Assembly (NCBI GenBank): GCA_964014485.1
Contig: CAXHAT010000213.1
Location: 1 to 12,832 of the forward strand
Direction: 5' to 3'
Length of the DNA stretch: 12,832 nt
Source: an uncultured Deferribacteres bacterium
GTDB lineage: Bacteria; Zhuqueibacterota; Zhuqueibacteria; Zhuqueibacterales; Geothermadaptataceae
Of the stretch, positions 6,372 to 12,832 are shown one piece after another. The notes below the pieces were generated by a model that saw only the letters and a list, made by a program, of their open reading frames with translations, had not been told where the DNA came from and did no database searches. How positions within the stretch are numbered: position 1 is the stretch's first letter; every line of letters starts with the position of its first letter. A program made the translations under genes and the position numbers.

Positions 6372-7154
6372 CTAACCGGGAAGTATTGCCATGATTGCAC
6401 CGACCGGATCTTGCACAACTACATGAGCGAGTTTGCCATCATCCCCGTGTGCATCTTTTAGAACCTTTCCACCTTCTTCTCGCGCTCGGCGACTGCTCTC
6501 GGCGAGATCGCCGACGGGGAGATGAAGCGTCCAGACAGAGGGCAGGTCCTGATGTAGTCCTCGTGCGTGACATATGCCGGCTGCTGGCTTGCCGTCACCA
6601 TCGAGCATGTGGTAGTCATCGTAGAACCCGTTCGAGTCTTCCTTCTTGCAAACCTCCCACGACCAGCCAATGACGCTGCTGTAAAAATCGCGTGCTTCCT
6701 GGGCATTAGGAACTGTTAAGTCAATCCAACTTATATGACCAACCGGAGATTCGGCGTCACCTTTAGAAGACGCCGCTTGAGCTGGAACAATGGGAATGAT
6801 TCCGAATGCCGCCCCGTATGGATCGACAAGCACTGCCCATTGGCTGTTTCCGTCATCATCCTTACCATGCATCAGCTCGCTGCCGCCTAATTTAAGCGCA
6901 GACTTTGCACTCGACGCCACATCGCTTACTTGTATATGCGGCATCCATTGAAGAGGCAAGTGATCGTATTCCGCCGTTCGCTCACCCAAACCAATGATGG
7001 GCGTCCCCAGATTATTCATCAAATCTTCTTTCCAAAGTGGAGCTTCACCGGTACATAGTATGCGTGAATAAAAGCGCACTTCGATTTTGTGTTCTGGTAC
7101 AGCTATGTCTGCACTGTCAACTCTGCCGACGGACGAAGAAGAATGGTTATTCAT
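6372..7154 (-). CDS. VOC/glyoxalase-bleomycin-resistance family protein, two tandem domains (260 aa)
   Basis: Repeated VOC signatures: WMPHIQVSDV...GG...DPYGAAFGI and ISWIDLTVPNAQEARDFYSSVIGW...WTLHLPVGDL...GG...DPVGAIMAI. Start placed at ATG 7154. Confidence 0.9.
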   Translation of the reverse strand: MNNHSSSSVGRVDSADIAVPEHKIEVRFYSRILCTGEAPLWKEDLMNNLGTPIIGLGERTAEYDHLPLQWMPHIQVSDVASSAKSALKLGGSELMHGKDDDGNSQWAVLVDPYGAAFGIIPIVPAQAASSKGDAESPVGHISWIDLTVPNAQEARDFYSSVIGWSWEVCKKEDSNGFYDDYHMLDGDGKPAAGICHARGLHQDLPSVWTLHLPVGDLAESSRRAREEGGKVLKDAHGDDGKLAHVVVQDPVGAIMAILPG

Positions 7155-7239
7155 ATTCCACAACCTTTGTTAATAGCGTTTTTAGGGACACAAAACTCTA
7201 CATTCGGAACGCCCCAAGCTATCAGGGTTTCATGATGGA

Positions 7240-7464
7240 TTAATTCCATGCCAATGAGGTCTCCCTGAGAGATTCACAAGTGAAAAACCAACTGAATGTT
7301 TGACAAAACGACCGGCGGTCTAACGTTGGACAGGCTCTAAGAAGCTCTGGAATTGTATCTCCGTTAGCAAGCATCAAGACGATTTGATGCACAGGAATCC
7401 GCGTGCCTTTGATACAAGCTTGCCCGTGACAGATATTCGGGTCGATAGAAATTCGGTCATGCAT
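7240..7464 (-). pseudogene. DUF433-family antitoxin, 3'-truncated (family-like sequence only over about 7318-7464)
   Basis: RISIDPNICHGQACIKGTRIPV...MLANGDTIPELL..PTL is typical of DUF433. The expected C-terminal helix (EDI-x-A-x-L-x-Y type) is absent in all three frames after codon 49. SD GAGGT upstream. Confidence 0.8.
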
Positions 7465-7498
7465 AATCTCTTACCTCATTCAGAATCATCCAAAAACC

Positions 7499-7837
7499 TT
7501 AGGCGACGACGACTTTTTTCAAAGTTTTGACGACGAAATTATTTAAGCTTTCGCCTTCATTTAATGCTCGAATTGCCAATGCCTGATGCAAATCGGGATC
7601 GGTGCGCAGGACGAATTTTCCTGAATATTTCTTGCCTGCGGTTTCAAGCGGGAGAGCGCGGCCGTCTTTCTTGTAAATTTCAAGCCATTCGTCCACTATT
7701 TGGCAAAGCTGTCGGTAGACTTTCGTTTCATCATCGCCATGACAACATTTTCCAATCCAGCCGGGAACGGAGCCTACGTAACACTCGTCTTCATCAGACC
7801 ATTCGACGATTTTTAAATACTTATCCCTTTCCTTCAT
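7499..7837 (-). CDS. hicB: HicB antitoxin with C-terminal ribbon-helix-helix domain (112 aa)
   Basis: WSDEDECYVGSVPG...CCHGD partial RNase H-like domain, then YSGKFVLRTDPDLHQALAIRA...SLNNFV RHH. Start overlaps the hicA stop (TGATG; alternative GTG start at 7840). Confidence 0.92.
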   Translation of the reverse strand: MKERDKYLKIVEWSDEDECYVGSVPGWIGKCCHGDDETKVYRQLCQIVDEWLEIYKKDGRALPLETAGKKYSGKFVLRTDPDLHQALAIRALNEGESLNNFVVKTLKKVVVA

Positions 7838-8028
7838 CACTGCGCTTCCGAGATTTTTTGTTTAACCAGTTTTTCCTGATACTTTTTTGCGTCATCGCCC
7901 GTTTTACCGGAAATTGTCAAAACAACGCCTGATTCGTGAATATAATTGCGATGACTGCCTTTCCCGCCGCGATTGACAAAACCGGCTCGCTCTAAATCAC
8001 GAATCAATTCTCTGATTTTCCGAGGCAT
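7837..8028 (-). CDS. hicA: HicA mRNA interferase toxin (63 aa)
   Basis: Small basic protein with LERAGF..RGGKGSHRNYIH containing the catalytic GSH motif. Directly upstream of and translationally coupled to hicB. Confidence 0.93.
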   Translation of the reverse strand: MPRKIRELIRDLERAGFVNRGGKGSHRNYIHESGVVLTISGKTGDDAKKYQEKLVKQKISEAQ

Positions 8029-8033
8029 AAAAT

Positions 8034-8062
8034 ATAATACTACTGTGATACTACAAAATCAA
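8034..8062 (-). promoter_or_regulatory. Sigma70-type promoter of hicAB with overlapping direct-repeat operator candidate
   Basis: On the - strand: TTGATT (8062-8057), 17-bp spacer, TATTAT (8039-8034), 5 nt, then ATG. GTAGTAT occurs twice, at 8054-8048 and 8043-8037. Confidence 0.7.
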
Positions 8063-8140
8063 GTTCCGGAAAAGTAACCAGGAATTTGCAAAGATGGTAC
8101 ACGCTCTTAATTGTGCGATTCCGTGTAGGTACTCAAGGGT

Positions 8141-11100
8141 TCAATTCCTTCCATCGCCGCTTTCAAAACCCAGATTCAATTTCTTCAACTCGCCATTGAT
8201 GATTTTTTGCAGGGCTTTTTGATGGCCCTCAAGAATTTTTTCGATGTCCTGAATCCGTAAGTGTGCGTCGCGTCCCGGTTTCTGGTCGCCGCCGGTAGTC
8301 ATGCCGTAGAGATAGGTGAGTTGGCGGTTGAGCATCGGTTTGAGCTGTGCGCCCACTTTTCCTTCCTGCGTTTGCACCAACGCTTCTTCAATTTCCACCA
8401 GGCTTTTGCGCACTTTGAGCGCCTGCGCCTTTTTCTTTTGACTCACGGTTTCTTGCGTCGCCATTTCATCCAGCTTTTTGTTCATCGCGCGAATGCGGAT
8501 GACGCTCTGGCGCAGTTCACTGATGCGGTCGCGAATGCGGGAATTGAGTTCGTGCTGCTCCTGCAAATCCGCTACGGTCACGCCGTCTTCCACGATTCTC
8601 GGATCGATTTTGACCTCAAATTCCTGCGTGCTCGTCCAGTCGCCGACAGTCAGACGGGCGCGATATTTTCCGGGAACGGCCATTGGCCCGGAACCCATCG
8701 TCGAGCCGGGTGAAAAGCCGGACGGGCCGGGATAACGTAAATCCCAGACAAAGCGATGCATTCCCGCCTGTCCCGAAAGTCCGCGTGAACGCGCGGCGCC
8801 GAGCGGACGCATAAAATCCGGACGACCGGAATCTTCACGATTTGCTTTTTTGCTCGACCAGGATCGTACGACCTCGCCGCTCGAATCCAGAATTTCCAGT
8901 GTCGCGCCCTCCGCCGCGTTTTCAGCCAAGTAATAATAAATCATCGCGCCGTTGGGCGGGTATTGCGGCATGGCGCGCCCGCCGCGCCAGGAAAAAGCGC
9001 GCCGCATTCTGTGTGTCTCGCGCGGCTTGAACAAATGCGTCCGCGCCGCCGCGATGTCGTCGTTCAATTGATGCAGCGGCGTGAGGTCGTCGAGAATCCA
9101 GAACGAACGCCCCATGGTCGAAATGACCAAGTCCTTTTGATGCACGCGAATGTCGGTGATCGGCGTGTGCGGCAAATCGAGTTGCAGCGACTGCCAGCGC
9201 TTGCCGTCATCAAAGGAGACGAACATGCCGAATTCGGTTCCGGCGTAGAGCAGACCTTCGCGATCTGGGTCTTCGCGCACCACGCGCATCGGCTGATCGT
9301 CCGGGATTCCGTTTTTGCCGTCTGTTAAAAGCGTCCAGTTTTCGCCGTAATCCTCGGTTTTATAAATGTACGGCTTCCAGTCGTTGAGCATATAGCGATA
9401 AATCGCGGCGTAGGCGCTTCCCGCCCGATGCGGCGAGGGATCGATGGTTTGTACGCGCCCGCCCGGCGGCAGATTTTTGGGCGTCACATCCTGCCATGAC
9501 TTGCCGCCGTCTCGCGAAACATGCAGCGGGCCGTCGTTGGCGCCGACCCAAAAAACGCCCTCTTCGTGCAGCGATTCGCGGAATTGATAAATCGCCGAAT
9601 AAATCTCCTCGCCGGTGATGTCGCGCGTGATCGGCCCGCCGGAATAGCCTTGCTTGTCCGACTCGTTGGCGGTCAAATCCGGACTAATCACTTCCCAGGT
9701 CTTGCCCTCGTCCGTCGTCTTGTGAACGTACTGCGAGGTGTGGTAAATCACGCTCGGATTGTGCGGCGAAATCTCGATGGGCGAGGTGCGCTGGAAGCGG
9801 TAGGGCATGTCGCTGGCGGCGTGGCCGTAGTTGAAATGCGGATAAACCCAGTACTGCTGCTCCTGCCCGGTAATGTCGTTGTAGCGGCTGAATCGCCCTT
9901 TGCAGCCGCCGTAAACGATGTACGGTTTTTCAGGATGCAAGGCGATGGGGCCGGTCTCGCAGCCCGCCACCGCTTTCCAAAACTGCTCCGGCGAAATCAT
10001 GCTCGTCGCCACCGGCGGCAGGCTCGGCACCATGATCGTTGAGTTGTCCTGCTGCTCGCCGTAAAGCCAGTAAGGAAATTGATTGTCGACGACCACGTGG
10101 TACAATTCCGCCGTCGCCTGATTGTACTGCTCCGACCAGGTCAACCCGCCGTCCAGGCTGACGTTGACGCCGCCGTCGTTGGCCTGAAACAGATATTTTG
10201 AATTTTCGGGATGAATCCACATGTCGTGATTGTCGCCGTGGGGCGTACGCACGCGCGTAAACGTGCTGCCCGCGTCGGCGGATTTGAAAAAGCCCTCGTT
10301 GTTGACGTAGACCAGATTTTCATCGTTCGGGTCGGCGGTGACGTGCGTGTAGTAGAACGGGCGGTTCATCAGGCTTTTTTGCGGGTTGATAAAATGAAAA
10401 CTCGCACCGGAATCATCGCTGCGATAAAGCCCGCCCTGATCGTTCGGCGCTTCCACGAGCACATAGACGCGGCTCGGGTTGGCCGGAGAAACCGAGACCG
10501 CCGTTTTGCCGATAATGCCCTCCGGGAAGCCGTTGGTCAATTTTTCCCACGTGTCGCCGCCATCCGTCGTTTTGTAAATCCCGCCTTCCTTGCCGCCGCT
10601 GATAATTGTCCACGGCTTGCGCTCGCCGCGCCACATGCTGGCGTAAATTTCATTGGGATTTTCCGGGTTCATGGAAAGATCGACTGCGCCCGTCGTGTCG
10701 GAAAGAAATAGTACGCGCTCCCAGTTTTCGCCACCGTCCTTGGAGCGAAAAACGCCGCGCTCGGAATTCGGACCAAACGCCTGCCCCAGCGCGGCAACGT
10801 AGACCAAGTCAGGATTTTGCGGATGCACGCGCATTTTGCCGATTTGTCCGGACTGTTCCAAACCGACGAGTTTCCACGTTTTCGCGCCGTCGATGGATTT
10901 GTACACGCCGCGCCCGGTGGAAACGTTGCTTCGAATGCACGCCGAGCCGGTGCCGACGTAAATCACGTTTGGATCGGAAGGCGCGACGGCAATGGCGCCG
11001 ATGGAGCCGACTTTGAAATACTCGTCCGAGACGTTTTCATAATCCAGACCATTATTGACCGACCGCCAAACGCCGCCGCCGGTTCCGCCGAAATAGAGCA

Positions 11101-11314
11101 TGGGCGGATCGGTCGGAACGGCGTCTACCGCTGTCACGCGCCCGCCGCGAAACGGCCCGACCATGCGCCAGTCCATCCCTTCGAATAATTTCGCGTCAAA
11201 GGCGATGTTCGGATCGTGGGTTTGTTCCTGGGCGGCGGTTTGAACTGCCGACAACAGGCAAAAAGCAAAGACGGTTTGAGCAAGAAATTGCAGCAGTTTT
11301 TTGGCGGGATGCAT
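8141..11314 (-). CDS. Secreted BNR/Asp-box (VPS10/sortilin-like) beta-propeller protein, putative glycosyl hydrolase (1057 aa)
   Basis: N-terminal signal peptide (about ...SAVQTAA|QEQ). WRMVGPFRGGRV start motif. Eleven Asp-box-like motifs, e.g. KSIDGAKTW, RSKDGGENW, KTTDGGDTW, VSLDGGLTW, VSRDGGKSW, VSFDDGKRW. C-terminal beta-sandwich-like region (HRFVWDLRY, PGKYRARL) and coiled coil. Strong SD GAGGAGGA at 11321-11328. Confidence 0.92.
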   Translation of the reverse strand: MHPAKKLLQFLAQTVFAFCLLSAVQTAAQEQTHDPNIAFDAKLFEGMDWRMVGPFRGGRVTAVDAVPTDPPMLYFGGTGGGVWRSVNNGLDYENVSDEYFKVGSIGAIAVAPSDPNVIYVGTGSACIRSNVSTGRGVYKSIDGAKTWKLVGLEQSGQIGKMRVHPQNPDLVYVAALGQAFGPNSERGVFRSKDGGENWERVLFLSDTTGAVDLSMNPENPNEIYASMWRGERKPWTIISGGKEGGIYKTTDGGDTWEKLTNGFPEGIIGKTAVSVSPANPSRVYVLVEAPNDQGGLYRSDDSGASFHFINPQKSLMNRPFYYTHVTADPNDENLVYVNNEGFFKSADAGSTFTRVRTPHGDNHDMWIHPENSKYLFQANDGGVNVSLDGGLTWSEQYNQATAELYHVVVDNQFPYWLYGEQQDNSTIMVPSLPPVATSMISPEQFWKAVAGCETGPIALHPEKPYIVYGGCKGRFSRYNDITGQEQQYWVYPHFNYGHAASDMPYRFQRTSPIEISPHNPSVIYHTSQYVHKTTDEGKTWEVISPDLTANESDKQGYSGGPITRDITGEEIYSAIYQFRESLHEEGVFWVGANDGPLHVSRDGGKSWQDVTPKNLPPGGRVQTIDPSPHRAGSAYAAIYRYMLNDWKPYIYKTEDYGENWTLLTDGKNGIPDDQPMRVVREDPDREGLLYAGTEFGMFVSFDDGKRWQSLQLDLPHTPITDIRVHQKDLVISTMGRSFWILDDLTPLHQLNDDIAAARTHLFKPRETHRMRRAFSWRGGRAMPQYPPNGAMIYYYLAENAAEGATLEILDSSGEVVRSWSSKKANREDSGRPDFMRPLGAARSRGLSGQAGMHRFVWDLRYPGPSGFSPGSTMGSGPMAVPGKYRARLTVGDWTSTQEFEVKIDPRIVEDGVTVADLQEQHELNSRIRDRISELRQSVIRIRAMNKKLDEMATQETVSQKKKAQALKVRKSLVEIEEALVQTQEGKVGAQLKPMLNRQLTYLYGMTTGGDQKPGRDAHLRIQDIEKILEGHQKALQKIINGELKKLNLGFESGDGRN

Positions 11315-11484
11315 TTGTGTTCCTCCTCGACGAGCATGGCAAGTTTTGAAAATTGGACGATTCTTTTTGAACGCGAAGTTCGCAAAGGCGCGGAGAAAAA
11401 TTATGTGATTTGACTTAATGCAAAAGTAGCGGGGAACGGCGGGCGGTTAAAGCGGATTCTGACCAAAATTCGTGATCTGATTAT

Positions 11485-11877
11485 TCAGACAACAGGCGGG
11501 TTTTCATCAAAATATATTCGAGCGGCATTGAGAAACTCTTCCGCTCGATTGACGACTGCAACGGCGAATTCCCCGGAAATATCAGAACTTGTTTGATAGT
11601 CGGCAACCTGGCGCTTTCGAAAGGAATCGAGGAGGTAGCGATGGAATTTCGAATCCAGCTCTCCGGTCTTGGCGAAATGCTGACCAAACGCGCTTTGAAC
11701 CTGGCCGTGTGAAGAGAAGGAGAGACCTTTCAAAATCAACAATGCCTCTGCTGTGTAAAACATGGCATAGTAAGCTCGCGAGACGGCTATTTCAAAGTAA
11801 TTTGCCTGGATGAGTAAATCTGCAGCTTGGATATTCTCTTCAGCCTTGGCGAGCAAACCACGCATTTGATCTTTCAA
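11485..11877 (-). CDS. HEPN domain protein (UPF0332/COG1895-like; 130 aa)
   Basis: AVSRAYYAMF, SHGQVQSAFG and RQVADY motifs. All-helical character. TTG start overlaps the MNT stop (TTGA). Confidence 0.9.
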   Translation of the reverse strand: MKDQMRGLLAKAEENIQAADLLIQANYFEIAVSRAYYAMFYTAEALLILKGLSFSSHGQVQSAFGQHFAKTGELDSKFHRYLLDSFRKRQVADYQTSSDISGEFAVAVVNRAEEFLNAARIYFDENPPVV

Positions 11878-12200
11878 ATGATTGAAACCCCTTCTTGACG
11901 CAGACTTTGATAAAACGGCAGTACATTTTCACGCCAATCAGACTCTCGCATCGGAATCAACGAAACCGTGGTTTTATTTTCTAGCGAAAGCTCATAAACA
12001 AGCTTGCTCGTCCGGTCGATTTCCAGGAATTCATGGGTGAAATCCTTAAGCACAAGCGCGACGTCGATATCTGAATGCGACCCCGCCTCGCCGCGCGCGT
12101 AGGAGCCAAAAAGTACGAGCGTGACGAGGTTATCGCCATAGAGCGCTTTTAATTCTTGACGCAGTTTTGCAAGCAAGGTACGCGATATTTTTGAGGGCAT
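11874..12200 (-). CDS. Minimal nucleotidyltransferase (MNT) antitoxin (108 aa)
   Basis: LFGSYARGEAGSHSDIDV matches GS-x10-DxD. C-terminal EGV. SD GAGGTG upstream. Coupled to the HEPN gene. Confidence 0.92.
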   Translation of the reverse strand: MPSKISRTLLAKLRQELKALYGDNLVTLVLFGSYARGEAGSHSDIDVALVLKDFTHEFLEIDRTSKLVYELSLENKTTVSLIPMRESDWRENVLPFYQSLRQEGVSII

Positions 12201-12226
12201 CTTCCACCTCGTCTCAAGTTCGCGAC

Positions 12227-12256
12227 AATATACTCATTTTTACAAAATACGCGCAA
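12227..12256 (-). promoter_or_regulatory. Candidate sigma70 promoter for the MNT-HEPN operon
   Basis: On the - strand: TTGCGC (12256-12251), 18-bp spacer, TATATT (12232-12227), 26 nt upstream of the ATG. Confidence 0.45.
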
Positions 12257-12309
12257 TCTTTCAAACGAGAGCGCGGCGTCCGGCAATCGGGTCTTCCGCT
12301 GCGCCAATT

Positions 12310-12832
12310 TCACCATTGCGCAACCCGCGCGAGGAATTTGCCGGGATCGAATTCTTCGCTTTGCCAGCGTTTTTCCAGCTCCTCAAAGTATGCTTGCGCC
12401 ACGCTCTCCGAGGGGAATTCATGCAGCGCGGAAAGTTGCTCGACGGCCATTTGCACGTAGGGCGTTTGCAATTGCGACCATATTTTCAAGGTCATCTCCA
12501 GGGCGGCGACGGCGTTCTCTTGCGCGCCGGTTTCAGTGAAAAAATATGAAAAATAATAGAGATCGTTGGCGATGCTGTAGGCCGAGCCGATGGCGGCGTG
12601 GCCGGCGAGGGCGTTTTGAAAATGCGTTTTGGCGGCGGCGTGATCACCTTTATGCTGACAGAGACGAGCGAGGGATTGGTTGAGGTTGGCTTCGCCGAGG
12701 CGATCACCGACGGCGCGAAAAAGCGCGAGGGCCGCGTCGTAGGTTTTCAGCGCTTCGTCCAGCTCTTTTCTGAACTGGTAAACGTCGCCCATGGCCTTCC
12801 GCGTGTTGGCTTCGCCGAGGCGAGAACCGACG
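12310..12832 (-). CDS. Tetratricopeptide-repeat protein, 3' part only (5' end outside the window)
   Basis: The frame stays open from 12831 (VGSRLGEANTRKA-MGDVYQF...), so the ATG at 12792 is internal. Contains 40-aa TPR units of the YxxALALFRxVGDRLGEAN type. Confidence 0.9.
   Translation of the reverse strand, partial: VGSRLGEANTRKAMGDVYQFRKELDEALKTYDAALALFRAVGDRLGEANLNQSLARLCQHKGDHAAAKTHFQNALAGHAAIGSAYSIANDLYYFSYFFTETGAQENAVAALEMTLKIWSQLQTPYVQMAVEQLSALHEFPSESVAQAYFEELEKRWQSEEFDPGKFLARVAQW
12685..12832 (-). repeat. 120-bp-period intragenic tandem repeat (TPR units)
   Basis: gttggcttcgccgaggcgaTCaccgacg (12685-12712) versus gttggcttcgccgaggcgaGAaccgacg (12805-12832): 26/28 identical, exactly 120 bp apart. 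Confidence 0.85.

Noticed and set aside
6224..6418. 65-aa N-terminal extension of the YdjM-like ORF
   Set aside because: It overlaps the VOC gene. The family-typical start MDxxT with a purine-rich SD-like sequence is at 6223.
4360..6706. Overlapping ORFs such as 4663-5250(+), 5080-5319(-), 5405-5881(+), 5885-6145(+), 6395-6673(+)
   Set aside because: Shadow or alternate-frame ORFs over well-supported genes, with no motifs.
3155..7324. Complete integron cassette array (CALIN)
   Set aside because: Several gene ends carry TAAC-like cores (3237-3243, about 5227-5233, about 6356-6362), but I could not build convincing paired attC stems for the latter two, intergenic gaps are long, and there is no intI. 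Kept only as low-confidence single-site findings.
8261..11413. Numerous 60-173 aa ORFs within or antisense to the Asp-box gene
   Set aside because: Expected by-product of GC-rich codon usage, which gives few off-frame stops. Arg/Ala-rich with no family signatures.
11421..11467. Bacteroidota-type promoter (TACTTTTG on the - strand, 11428-11421)
   Set aside because: The nearest upstream TTTG is 35 bp away rather than about 19-21, and other promoters and SDs in the window look like standard sigma70/SD type.
12271..12304. Intrinsic terminator after the TPR gene (GCGCGGCG / CGCTGCGC stem)
   Set aside because: On the transcribed (-) strand the stem has an A-C mismatch and a long loop, and there is no clean U-tract.

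Overview
Bacterial DNA with a mosaic, accessory-type gene content. Positions 1-80 look like part of a DnaA-dependent replication origin: three co-oriented DnaA boxes, a 31-bp purine/A-rich tract, then a DnaA-trio-like run. A 222-bp MITE-like element follows (perfect 18-bp terminal inverted repeats, TAAT target duplication), with a REP-doublet-like nested palindrome inside it. It ends 6 bp before the only + strand gene, a regulator with an N-terminal LuxR HTH, a STAND (NB-ARC-like) ATPase and TPRs. All other genes are on the - strand: a small membrane protein, an unannotated serine-hydrolase C-terminal remnant, a divergent orphan purC-like gene, a YdjM-like metal-dependent hydrolase, a two-domain VOC protein, a truncated DUF433 antitoxin, hicAB (probably leaderless), a secreted Asp-box/VPS10-like beta-propeller protein, an MNT-HEPN pair, and the 3' end of a 40-aa-repeat TPR gene that runs off the window. 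No new multi-gene system can be demonstrated from sequence alone. The best leads are the origin architecture, the nested MITE abutting the STAND regulator, and the divergent PurC. All family calls are by motif recognition; no database search was run.
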